Below, piece after piece: positions 46,352 to 55,604 of a stretch of DNA of 64,000 bases (within the stretch, counting starts at the first letter, position 1; every line of letters begins with the position of its first letter). Where the stretch lies: the IMG/VR virus record IMGVR_UViG_3300021425_002620; one strand, given 5' to 3'. The position numbers and the translations under genes were made by a program. A model generated the notes under the pieces. That model ran no database searches. It saw nothing but the letters and a program-made list of their open reading frames with translations, and was not told the origin of the DNA. Source of the DNA: a virus. Lineage: Duplodnaviria; Caudoviricetes.

Positions 46352-47892
46352 ACCATGTATTATTCTTTTCGTTAACGGGTAAACGCTGGGAAAGAGCACT
46401 ATGGCCTCATCGCACTGCTACATTTTTACGTATGAATGACTGGGATGCAGAAGTAGTAGACTTTGCATCATTTTGGAAGTTAGAAGAACTACAAGAGCTT
46501 GTACGTAGTCGAGTATCAAATAAAACAGTTATGTTTTGTTTTGGTACTGCTTTTTTAAATCCGTGGAGTCCTTATCTAAATGAATTTATTGCATGGTTAA
46601 AAAACGAGTATCCGTCAATACCTGTTGTTGTAGGAGGTCAAAATGCACTAGTTACACCTGCAGAAAACGTAGATTATTGGGTAGACAGCTACGGCGAAAA
46701 TGCTATACTTGCATTATGCCGACATCTTATTGGAACATTAGGCAGTCCATTAAGAACAGACGGTATGATATTAGATAAAAAAGTAATCAGAGGGTTACGT
46801 CATTATCCGTCTGCGCCATTAGATACATATATTGTAGATTACGAAACTCGTGATTTTATGATGCCATATGAATGTCCGCAAATAGAAACTGCAAGAGGTT
46901 GTATGTTTGATTGCAGTTATTGTAACTTTCCTATAATTGGACAGAAAAAAGATGTAAGTGTAAGTAAAGAAGCATTTAAGGATCAGCTACGCACAGGGTA
47001 CGAAAAATGGGGTATTAAAAACTGGAGAGTAATGGACGAAACATTTAACGATCGTCCTTCAAAATTACAAAAATATGCTGAAGCCGTAGACGAGCTAGGT
47101 TATAATCCTTGGATATGTGGTTTTGCTCGAGGCGACTTAGTTGTTAAACACAAAGATCATTGGGATACGTATATTAGATTAGGATTTCTTGGTCACAGTA
47201 TGGGTATTGAAACATTTAATAGGGATGCAGGTAAACTTGTACGCAAAGGCATGGATCCTGATCAAGTAAAAGAAGGTTTACTAGAATTCCAAGCGTATAC
47301 AGATATACATGCTCCAAAAAGATATCGTGCAAACATACAATTTATTTGCGGCATTCCTGGAGAAACAAAAGAATCGTGGTATGATTCAGTTAACTGGTTA
47401 AACACACATTGGACAAGACAAAGCGCCAGTGCCCATATTTTAGAAATTGGCGACTACGATCTTAGCCTAACAAATCAAAGTAGATTTACTAAACAGTTAA
47501 CAGACAATGGTCTTGTGAAAATAGACGCAAGACAAAACCCCGGATATAATGTATATAAAGACGCAAAAAATAATGTTGTATTCCAGTCTACTACTCCGCG
47601 TGGAGGCGGCGTAGGAAGTACTAGAAACGATATAGTAATTTGGAAACACAACACTATGGACTGGTACGAAGCTGAAGATTTAGTAAAAGAATTCTATTCA
47701 GATAATGGATTTATGGGACTTCGTGGGTGTAATCCGTTTTTATCAGATAGATTATTTGTTCTAACAGAATCAGAACGGTATGAAGACATTTACGATATAA
47801 ACATGTCACAAACAGATACTAACGATCCTAAGTTTAAAACTTTTGTGCAGAACTATATTGATAAAAAACTAAGTTGGGTACCTAACAAATGA
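46348..47892 (+). CDS. Cobalamin-binding (class B) radical SAM protein
   Basis: N-terminal B12-domain-like segment (PVVVGGQNA...GENAI); IETARGCMFDCSYC; DETFN; MGIETFN; FICGIPGET. Confidence 0.8.
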   Translation: MNHVLFFSLTGKRWERALWPHRTATFLRMNDWDAEVVDFASFWKLEELQELVRSRVSNKTVMFCFGTAFLNPWSPYLNEFIAWLKNEYPSIPVVVGGQNALVTPAENVDYWVDSYGENAILALCRHLIGTLGSPLRTDGMILDKKVIRGLRHYPSAPLDTYIVDYETRDFMMPYECPQIETARGCMFDCSYCNFPIIGQKKDVSVSKEAFKDQLRTGYEKWGIKNWRVMDETFNDRPSKLQKYAEAVDELGYNPWICGFARGDLVVKHKDHWDTYIRLGFLGHSMGIETFNRDAGKLVRKGMDPDQVKEGLLEFQAYTDIHAPKRYRANIQFICGIPGETKESWYDSVNWLNTHWTRQSASAHILEIGDYDLSLTNQSRFTKQLTDNGLVKIDARQNPGYNVYKDAKNNVVFQSTTPRGGGVGSTRNDIVIWKHNTMDWYEAEDLVKEFYSDNGFMGLRGCNPFLSDRLFVLTESERYEDIYDINMSQTDTNDPKFKTFVQNYIDKKLSWVPNK

Positions 47893-48488
47893 TACATAAG
47901 TTAAATTTGAAATATAATGCAGACGAAGCTTTTGAATATTTTAATACACTAAAAACAAACTTTAGTCATTTACATTGGAATTATTTGGAGCATCATAACG
48001 AGCCAACATTTATTGATCCTAAAAATACAATTGATGATATCAATGGCTGGGGACTGCAAACAATATACGATGATCCTACATTCCCCTATCATCCTGACTT
48101 AGATCCACACGACGAAGGTCCTGAGTATTTTAAAGATACTCCAATGGTGTTTGGATTCTTTAAAAGATTAAAAAATTTACTAAAACAACCTTTTCGATCG
48201 TTTTTGATTAGCTATCCTCCTAATCAAAAAATAGGTAAATGGCAGTCTCATTTACCAAAACATGTTACTATTATAATTCCTATTATAACTAATGACAAGG
48301 TTTGTCTGATTAGTAATCAAGAAAATACTCAAACTTTTATTTTAGAAAAAAATAATATCTACTTATTAGATACAACAAAATACCCTGCCGAATTTCAAAA
48401 TAATAGTCAAGAAACAGTAACTATAATGATTGCTAGTGTTCTATTAGAATATAAACAAGAAATATTAGATATGAAGGAATTTATATAA
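47889..48488 (+). CDS. Degenerate cupin/oxygenase-fold protein
   Basis: Same layout as neighbours (YPPNQKI...IIIPIITN...YLLDTT...NNSQE) but without HxD...H ligands. Confidence 0.45.
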   Translation: MIHKLNLKYNADEAFEYFNTLKTNFSHLHWNYLEHHNEPTFIDPKNTIDDINGWGLQTIYDDPTFPYHPDLDPHDEGPEYFKDTPMVFGFFKRLKNLLKQPFRSFLISYPPNQKIGKWQSHLPKHVTIIIPIITNDKVCLISNQENTQTFILEKNNIYLLDTTKYPAEFQNNSQETVTIMIASVLLEYKQEILDMKEFI

Positions 48489-49075
48489 TGGACAATCCTG
48501 GCTCACTTTACGATAAAAGATTGTTAAATTTAAAAAGTTGTGCGTTTCTAAATGCATACAGACGTATAAATTTAAAAGAAATAATAGAATCATTAAAAGA
48601 TAAACAAGGATCAGATGTTACTACAGATCCAAGTCGTTGGAATTTAGATAATAGCGAATACGGAAAAATTCATACTATTTGGAAGGAAGCTAACTTTAAT
48701 CCTGCTGCTATGAAGTGGACAAATTATTACCCCAAAAAAGATTTCTCTCAAGAATTTGTTGACGATGTTGCATTTTATCTTCGTCTATCTGGTGTTCATC
48801 GTGCATGGATTAGTAGAGTTGATCCCGGATATTACGCTCCGTGGCACTGGGATATTGATGATAACGAAGAAGAATATTTAAAGCACGGTGAAATCAAACG
48901 TTACAGTATTATGTTGGGGGATAAGACACCTGGACACATTTTTATGCTAGGACAGGATTACTTATACGATTGTGCCCAAGGTTCAATATTTCGCTGGCAT
49001 AATCATAACGAATGGCACAGTGGAATCAATGCAGGTATGATTCCAAAATTTATGTTTCACATACTTGGATATTAA
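48488..49075 (+). CDS. 2OG-Fe(II)/Asp-Asn beta-hydroxylase-like oxygenase
   Basis: PGYYAPWHWD...WHSGINAG. Confidence 0.7.
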   Translation: MDNPGSLYDKRLLNLKSCAFLNAYRRINLKEIIESLKDKQGSDVTTDPSRWNLDNSEYGKIHTIWKEANFNPAAMKWTNYYPKKDFSQEFVDDVAFYLRLSGVHRAWISRVDPGYYAPWHWDIDDNEEEYLKHGEIKRYSIMLGDKTPGHIFMLGQDYLYDCAQGSIFRWHNHNEWHSGINAGMIPKFMFHILGY

Positions 49076-49760
49076 CTTAATGAACACATCTAATTGGAAA
49101 TATTACTACAAAAGAACTGCTATACATGATATAGCATCGTCTAATATGTTATATTCGCCCCTAATGAATTCGGATAAAAACATTTTATGTAAGCACTATT
49201 GTATTGATGAAGATTATCAAGGTGTACAGCCTGGAATGACACAAGAAATAGTTGATTTTTTTTATGAAAGGGAAGTACAATTTTTAGAAAAGCTACAGCA
49301 TTTAAATTGTACGCCTAAACTTTTAGAAATAGATCGAGCTAATAATAAAGTTTTTATAGAATGGAATACAGAGACATTGGCTCAAATAATATTTGATCCA
49401 AGTAGATCAATAGACAACGAACTTCCTAATTGGAAAGATCAATTGTATAGCATTGTAAAAGAACTTAAAGATAGCGGTCATTATAAATTAGCACTCTATC
49501 CGCATTGTTTTTTTATAAACAAAGACGGTGTTTTAAAAACTATTGATTATTACTCAGTTGTACCACATGACGACTATTTTATTGAAAGAAATTTAATTGA
49601 AGGTATGATCGGAGACGAAGGCTCTTATAGATTTGATCGAGTAGAGTTAATTGACGGCATACTCGATCTTAAAGAATTTTTTAATCTTACAATGAAAGTA
49701 CATTTGCCAAAGTATTGGCCTGATTGTCCATTCCCAGATTTTTTTAATAAACTTTATTAA
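49065..49760 (+). CDS. Protein kinase-like fold protein (catalytic loop degenerate)
   Basis: FYEREVQFL (alphaC Glu), PKLL...VFIEW, YKLALYPHCF (HxDxxPxN position), KTIDY. Confidence 0.5.
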   Translation: MDINLMNTSNWKYYYKRTAIHDIASSNMLYSPLMNSDKNILCKHYCIDEDYQGVQPGMTQEIVDFFYEREVQFLEKLQHLNCTPKLLEIDRANNKVFIEWNTETLAQIIFDPSRSIDNELPNWKDQLYSIVKELKDSGHYKLALYPHCFFINKDGVLKTIDYYSVVPHDDYFIERNLIEGMIGDEGSYRFDRVELIDGILDLKEFFNLTMKVHLPKYWPDCPFPDFFNKLY

Positions 49761-50281
49761 TCGTGTAGTGTAATTTGTAGAGTGAGTCTAGGAGTATATC
49801 CAATGTTAGCAGGACCGTGTATACACTCAGGATCGCTCCACTCATATAAATCTCCTGCTCTATAATTTGTTAATATTTTATCATCATAACAAAATATGTG
49901 TCCTGGTTCCCAGTCTTGTAAAAACATAGTATACCTAACAAAGTTTTTTATTTCTGTCAAATGAGGATCTACGTGCATTGCTTGGAATTCACCAGGATAC
50001 AGTTTTACAAACCACCAAAATTTATTTTTTCTTGTTTCAGGCAAATCAGGATATACAAAATTATAATCTTCCATCTCAGGAGAACTTGCATTAAGTTGAT
50101 GAAAGAAAAATTTGTTAGTAGAATAACCTGGTCGTGCAAGTTCTCTAAATTTTTCTAATGTTTCGTTACCAGTCCATCTATCAGGCTGCCACACAGGTGT
50201 ACATTCGCCTTGTTTAGACTCTAATAAACTTATTATATTATTTTCTATAATCCAATTATTATAATTGCCTATGTAATTCAT
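49757..50281 (-). CDS. 2OG-Fe(II)-type oxygenase
   Basis: PGEFQAMHVD...IHGPANIG..PRLTLQIT. Confidence 0.7.
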   Translation of the reverse strand: MNYIGNYNNWIIENNIISLLESKQGECTPVWQPDRWTGNETLEKFRELARPGYSTNKFFFHQLNASSPEMEDYNFVYPDLPETRKNKFWWFVKLYPGEFQAMHVDPHLTEIKNFVRYTMFLQDWEPGHIFCYDDKILTNYRAGDLYEWSDPECIHGPANIGYTPRLTLQITLHD

Positions 50282-50283
50282 TT

Positions 50284-50778
50284 TTACCTTTCATATGTAC
50301 TAAAATGGAATGTTAATCTAGTAGTATAACTTATATTACATGCTCCATGAATTTCGTTTGCATTAGGATATTGAAAAATATCTCCTTTTTTATAATTAGT
50401 TAAGACTTCGTCTTTGTATTGAAAAATGTGTCCCGGAACGTAGTCTTGCATAGCAATCCAATATCTTTTGCACTCTTTAAATTCATGAGTGTGCGGATCT
50501 GTGTGCATAGGCATAAAGTTGCCAGGATTCATTTTTATACCCCACCAAATATTATCTAAGTGACTGTCAAATGGTATTGTAATTTCAAAAGGGAACGTGT
50601 GCGGCTCGTAAATGTACCAATATGTGCTAGTTAAATCGTAACCTGCGGAAGTAGCAATTTTAAATTCTTCACTATCTGGATTTGGCCCGCCTCCTGGTCT
50701 GCTAGTCCCATCATTATTGGTCATAAACTCTATGTACTCGTCTTTAATCCAGTCTTTATAGTTGCCGACATAGATCAT
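50284..50778 (-). CDS. 2OG-Fe(II)-type oxygenase, tandem paralog
   Basis: PGNFMPMHTD...IHGACNIS..TRLTFH; shares Y(I/V)GNY..WI N-terminus with the neighbour. Confidence 0.7.
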   Translation of the reverse strand: MIYVGNYKDWIKDEYIEFMTNNDGTSRPGGGPNPDSEEFKIATSAGYDLTSTYWYIYEPHTFPFEITIPFDSHLDNIWWGIKMNPGNFMPMHTDPHTHEFKECKRYWIAMQDYVPGHIFQYKDEVLTNYKKGDIFQYPNANEIHGACNISYTTRLTFHFSTYER

Positions 50779-51404
50779 ATTAAGTCCTCAAAATCTAATA
50801 AATCTTCAAATTCAAAATTAGTTATTCCTTCATCAAGACCTGCTCTAATAATTAACACTGTTCGTATCTCTTTTGAATTATTAGTTACTCCGTGATATGT
50901 ATCTCCTCGCATCAAAGTAACGTTATCAGCGGTTACACTTGCAATAGGATTTAACAAAGAATCATCTTTTACCATCGAAATTGTATAGCCGTATAATGGA
51001 GGTTTATTATTTTTTTGGATTATTTTAAAAACGTTGTCGTCTTTAATATCTGCACGATCGAACCAATGAGTAGTTGCATGTTCATAATTTTTAATTGGAA
51101 CATTGATAACAATCTTTTGCGAAATATCGTCATCGCCGTCTAAATGAATTTGAAATTTTGTTTCTGGAGGAATAAACAAAATATTGATATACTGCAACGG
51201 CATTTTTAATCTAGGCATTAACCAATTTTTAAGGACAGGAAAGTCTTCTATGTTTAGTATAGGTCTGCAAAACGAGCCATGACTAGTAGTTAGAGCTTGT
51301 TGTATTTCTGAACTAGTAATTTCTATATTTTTATCGATATAATCTAGTACTTCTTTTTGAATTTCGGGTAGTTCTTCTACTTGTAGTTTTTGATAGTATC
51401 TCAT
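50775..51404 (-). CDS. 2OG-Fe(II)-type oxygenase
   Basis: FQIHLDG...TYHGVTN...RTVL. Confidence 0.65.
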   Translation of the reverse strand: MRYYQKLQVEELPEIQKEVLDYIDKNIEITSSEIQQALTTSHGSFCRPILNIEDFPVLKNWLMPRLKMPLQYINILFIPPETKFQIHLDGDDDISQKIVINVPIKNYEHATTHWFDRADIKDDNVFKIIQKNNKPPLYGYTISMVKDDSLLNPIASVTADNVTLMRGDTYHGVTNNSKEIRTVLIIRAGLDEGITNFEFEDLLDFEDLI

Positions 51405-52213
51405 TAATAATGTTCCAATTCGCTTACACCTAAAATTTTACGGAACTCATCTGTAAACTCGCCATCTATTCTTAGAGCATAACTTTGTTCCATAATGCGA
51501 TCACCTCCGTGCCAATCTTGATCATTCCACCAAGCAGCTCGAGTATTTAAGTATGTTTTATTCTTAGTTTCAGGATCCCATATATAAAAAGGTTTTTTAG
51601 TATTAGGTCGAATATGTATAAATTCGTTCTTGTGTGGAAAACTTTGATTCATGCCATTTTTAGCATCTAAGTCTCTATGCTCAAATGGAATACCGTCTGC
51701 ATCGCAATGGAAGAAAATAACTCTACCAATATGTTTAAATATTTTTTGGTCAATTAAATTTTCAACCCACTTTACTGTTTTAGGAAAATATTTTGCTTCT
51801 TCAGTTAACGTTCTTTCAGCTGTTCTATCATCCCAACTACCTTCTTCCCATAAAAAATAATAAATGTAAGGATCGTATGCTCCCATAGCCATTTTTAAAA
51901 AACGAGTAAAAATATTACGCTGTTTATAATCACTAAAGTCTTGTGGCATAATTTTTGCCCCAGCTTGTTTGATAGGATCGTCGTCGGATAATTGCTGCCA
52001 TTCTTGTAATGCTTGGTATATAGGCTTCCAGTTGTGAATATAGCTCATGTTTTCAAATGTAAATCCTGGAGTCATCCAAGTTGCTTCTTTTGCATATTCT
52101 CTTGCTAGTGCAAATCCTGTTATAATTTCTGGCTGCAATTTTTCAAATCCGTCCATGTCAATATATTCTTCCATATCAAAATATGGTATTCCGTTAATTC
52201 CTCTATTTGCCAT
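51404..52213 (-). CDS. 2OG-Fe(II)-type oxygenase
   Basis: PFEHRD...WWNDQDWHGG...ALRIDG. Confidence 0.6.
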   Translation of the reverse strand: MANRGINGIPYFDMEEYIDMDGFEKLQPEIITGFALAREYAKEATWMTPGFTFENMSYIHNWKPIYQALQEWQQLSDDDPIKQAGAKIMPQDFSDYKQRNIFTRFLKMAMGAYDPYIYYFLWEEGSWDDRTAERTLTEEAKYFPKTVKWVENLIDQKIFKHIGRVIFFHCDADGIPFEHRDLDAKNGMNQSFPHKNEFIHIRPNTKKPFYIWDPETKNKTYLNTRAAWWNDQDWHGGDRIMEQSYALRIDGEFTDEFRKILGVSELEHY

Positions 52214-53255
52214 AATTATCTATCCATTCTTTTGGTATTGTATCTAGTAGTGGTAGTTTTTTATTAATAGCACCGTCTCTTAATATCACTTGGTGTACTA
52301 ATGGACTCGGCGGCTGTCCTGGTAATATATCTGCAATAGCTTCGGTTTGTATTTCACTTAGATCAAGAGTTGTGGCATCGGGCCATTGTATTATTTTGAG
52401 AGGTAATCCATTTACTTTTACAGAATAATGTGCTCTATTACCATATATATCTTCTTCGTATGACCAGTTATATTTTTTACATATATTTTTTGTTTCTCTT
52501 ACTAAATCTGAAAGATAAATTTGTGGACCGCCCGGTGTTCTACCTATATCAGCACCACATCTAACTCTGTACTGTTGACATATTGAATTACCAAACTCTT
52601 GTATTTCTTTTAAACAATATTCTAATTGAGACATGTCTTCTAGTGTATAACTTACATTTTTTATAATTAGTCCTAATTCTATACAGTTTTTAATGCCTTC
52701 AATTTGTTTTTCTCTAACCTTATGTCCTTGATAGTCTGGATGGTTTAATCCGAATGTCCATGATAAGTTAGGTATTCCTACAAAACTTTCTACATACGAT
52801 CTATTAGACATATTAACACCATTTGTTAATACCATTACTCCTCTAGGTTTTCCAGGCAGAGATTGTATTGATCTTATAATATCAGGTAAGTCCTTTCTAG
52901 TAGTAGGTTCTGCTCCTACGAGTGCAACCGGATAACCGTCATCGGGCCATGATTTAATTTTTTCAAGCAAAGATATTATTGTTGGATCTATTGACAAATT
53001 GTCTGGCATTTGATAGCAATGGGGACATGCTAAATTACATTTGTTAGTAACTTCAACAAAATAACTCTGTAAGGCATGTCTATGATATTTGTAATCCAAA
53101 TAAAACTGTCCATCAGGTTCTATTAGATGTGTTACAGTGCCATGAGTAGGGCATGTTTTTTCTAACCAAATACTACCATTCTTTTCAAATTTAGTAGCAT
53201 GTACATGTCTGTAACAATGTTCACACACTGATAACGTTGATATCTGGTAATCCAT
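52203..53255 (-). CDS. Radical SAM protein with N-terminal rubredoxin-like CX2CX20CX2H site (Tes/MJ0619-like)
   Basis: TLSVCEHC...KTCPTHG; VEVTNKCNLACPHC; VGAEPT. Confidence 0.8.
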   Translation of the reverse strand: MDYQISTLSVCEHCYRHVHATKFEKNGSIWLEKTCPTHGTVTHLIEPDGQFYLDYKYHRHALQSYFVEVTNKCNLACPHCYQMPDNLSIDPTIISLLEKIKSWPDDGYPVALVGAEPTTRKDLPDIIRSIQSLPGKPRGVMVLTNGVNMSNRSYVESFVGIPNLSWTFGLNHPDYQGHKVREKQIEGIKNCIELGLIIKNVSYTLEDMSQLEYCLKEIQEFGNSICQQYRVRCGADIGRTPGGPQIYLSDLVRETKNICKKYNWSYEEDIYGNRAHYSVKVNGLPLKIIQWPDATTLDLSEIQTEAIADILPGQPPSPLVHQVILRDGAINKKLPLLDTIPKEWIDNYGK

Positions 53256-54306
53256 CTTTAGTATATTTCCTCGGTATTGTATCTAATAAAGGTTTTCTTT
53301 CGTTTATAAATCTATCTCTCAATATAACCTGATGTAATAGCGGACTCATAGGTTTATGTGGTATTAAATTAGCCCAACTCTCACTTTGTGTTTCTTCTAA
53401 GTCTATAGTTTTTACGTCACACCATTTTATAAATCTGTGGGTAACTCCATTGATGTATACTGCAAAATGAGTTCTATTAGATATTTCAGGTGCTTCTATC
53501 CAAGTATAACCTTTTTTAATACATAAATCTTTTGCACACTTGACTAAGTCTGACAGATAATATTCTCTATGATCGCCGTCTGGCGTTCTACCAATATCTA
53601 CACCTACTTGTATTCTTGCTTCTTGTGCAATGCCCTTTGAATACCAATCTTGCATTTCGTCTAAAACATAACTTAATTGATCTAAATCGCCTAAGGTGTA
53701 AGTAAGATTTTTAATTCTTAGTCCTAAATCAATACAATTTTTTATACCTGTTTCTTGTTTTTCTCTAATTACACCGCCGTTATAGTCTGGATGGTTAAGT
53801 CCTATAGTCCATGTTAAATTTTTAAATGTAGTAAATTTTTTAGCATAAGCTATTTTTCCAAGATTTATACCATTAGTGACAATCATTAACCATCTTTCTT
53901 TTCTTGGTAATAAATTTATTTTTTCTATAATTGTAGGCAAATCTCGTCTTGTAGTTGGTTCTGCACCTACAAGTGCTACAGCCTTTCCGTCGTCGTCCCA
54001 AGACATTATTTGATTGAGTATCCAACTTACTGTAGGATCTTTAGACAAATTGTCCGGCATTTGGTAGCAGTGAGGACAGTCTAGATTACAACGATTAGTT
54101 ATATCTAACCAATATGAACTAGGATGTCTTTTTTCGTACACTTGTGATTTATAAAATTCTGCATCTATCTCTACAAGAGATTCATGATAACCATGCTCAG
54201 GACATGTTTTGCCTAACCATATTTTGTTTCCTCTTTCAAATTTAGTAGCAAGTACATGTCTATAGCAATGTTCGCACATTGATAAGGTATCTGTTAACTT
54301 TGTCAT
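53221..54306 (-). CDS. Radical SAM protein with N-terminal rubredoxin-like CX2CX20CX2H site, tandem paralog
   Basis: TLSMCEHC...KTCPEHG; LDITNRCNLDCPHC; VGAEPT. Confidence 0.8.
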   Translation of the reverse strand: MTKLTDTLSMCEHCYRHVLATKFERGNKIWLGKTCPEHGYHESLVEIDAEFYKSQVYEKRHPSSYWLDITNRCNLDCPHCYQMPDNLSKDPTVSWILNQIMSWDDDGKAVALVGAEPTTRRDLPTIIEKINLLPRKERWLMIVTNGINLGKIAYAKKFTTFKNLTWTIGLNHPDYNGGVIREKQETGIKNCIDLGLRIKNLTYTLGDLDQLSYVLDEMQDWYSKGIAQEARIQVGVDIGRTPDGDHREYYLSDLVKCAKDLCIKKGYTWIEAPEISNRTHFAVYINGVTHRFIKWCDVKTIDLEETQSESWANLIPHKPMSPLLHQVILRDRFINERKPLLDTIPRKYTKDGLPDINVISV

Positions 54307-54334
54307 TAATCTCTCATATTTCAGTTATATAGTA

Positions 54335-54351
54335 TATTTATTGGATAAATT
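54335..54351. promoter_or_regulatory. Divergent late-type boxes (ATAAATA on - at 54335-54341; ATAAATT on + at 54345-54351)
   Basis: 67-bp divergent intergenic gap; both flanking genes have SD-like GAGAG/GGAG. Confidence 0.5.
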
Positions 54352-54373
54352 ATAATATAACGGAGAGATTGAT

Positions 54374-55051
54374 TTGTACAATTACTATTACAATGATGTT
54401 CCTGGCATTGGACTTTGTAGAAATAATTTAATATACACAAGTCTTGCAAATAAAGAGTTGACAAAATTTATCCAGTGGTATTTTAACGACGGTGAATATC
54501 ATAAAGGACAAAATCAAGTTGTAGACCCTAAACTAATGCAAGAAAAGTTTGATAGAGAAGTTAAGTACCTATCATTAATGCATACTAATTATCCTGAATT
54601 AGTTCCTAACTTTTACGCAGATGTATCTGAAAGAAAAATTTATTTAGATATTGACGGTAAAGACTTTTGGAATCGTGCAGGATGTTTAACAGAAAATTAT
54701 GATAATGTGTTACCTGATTGGCAAGATCAAATGTTAGAAATAATAAAGGCACACAAAAGTTTAGGACTGCACAAGTATAGTATGCATCCGTCAAGTTATT
54801 TTGTTGTAGACGGAAAGTTAAAGAGTATGAATTACTTTTTTACATATCATGAATCAGAACCATGTGTAAGTATTGCAGATGTAGAAAGTCACATATACAG
54901 TACACGTCAAGATGAAATGCGTAAACATTTAGAAAGTTTAGGCATTGAATGGAATAAACCACAGCCTTGGGAAGTAATGGACAAATTGTGTTGGAATAGT
55001 TTTAGAACAAATTATCCATCAGACTTTATAGAGAAAGCACTTAATGTATAA
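54374..55051 (+). CDS. Protein kinase-like fold protein (degenerate), paralog of 49065..49760
   Basis: KFDREVKYL; LPDWQDQM vs LPNWKDQL; HKYSMHPSSYF vs YKLALYPHCFF; TTG start after SD GGAG. Confidence 0.5.
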   Translation: MYNYYYNDVPGIGLCRNNLIYTSLANKELTKFIQWYFNDGEYHKGQNQVVDPKLMQEKFDREVKYLSLMHTNYPELVPNFYADVSERKIYLDIDGKDFWNRAGCLTENYDNVLPDWQDQMLEIIKAHKSLGLHKYSMHPSSYFVVDGKLKSMNYFFTYHESEPCVSIADVESHIYSTRQDEMRKHLESLGIEWNKPQPWEVMDKLCWNSFRTNYPSDFIEKALNV

Positions 55052-55601
55052 AATAATACCTTGGAATAAAGATTTAGATTTAACAAATTTTTACAAAGAA
55101 GCCGAAAAGCGAGGCTTTGAAAATAATGCCTCTCAGCATATGCTAGTAGATTGCTTTCGAAAAGAAACTAAATGGAATACATGGATATTGTACTACAACA
55201 ATGAAGCAGTTGGAAGTGTGGCAGCACATAGTTTTGATGATGTAATGGGTCCTAACACATATCGTGTTGCTGCTAGGACCTGTGTGTTTACAGATAAACT
55301 ACCTTTAGTTAGTTTAAGGACACGCAATCAAATTATTACACATCAACATGCTACATCACAGTTTTTAATACCTGCTTGCTTAGAATGGTTACCACAGGAT
55401 GCTAGAGCATTTATTACGTCTAATGAAAATGAAGCAGGAACACAAAGAATTGTACATCGTATATATGGACCTGCAATGGAAAAAAGCGGACAAATGAAAC
55501 GAGTTAAAGATGTATACTATAGAGGCACTAATCAAACAGTATGGGAAATCTTTCCTGATAAGTTTTTTGAAGAATTAAATAAACATCCTAGATGGAGGTA
55601 A
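55044..55601 (+). CDS. GNAT-like acyltransferase
   Basis: WILYYNNEAVGSVAAH...YRVAARTCV...LIPACLEW...AFITSN fits GNAT strand order; no strong motif A. Confidence 0.4.
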   Translation: MYKIIPWNKDLDLTNFYKEAEKRGFENNASQHMLVDCFRKETKWNTWILYYNNEAVGSVAAHSFDDVMGPNTYRVAARTCVFTDKLPLVSLRTRNQIITHQHATSQFLIPACLEWLPQDARAFITSNENEAGTQRIVHRIYGPAMEKSGQMKRVKDVYYRGTNQTVWEIFPDKFFEELNKHPRWR

Positions 55602-55604
55602 GTT

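Noticed and set aside
55047-55054. TATAAATA occurrence at the start of gene 55044, and similar boxes inside CDSs
   Set aside because: It lies within coding sequence, downstream of the start codon; an AT-rich motif like this is expected by chance, so only intergenic, gene-proximal copies were called.
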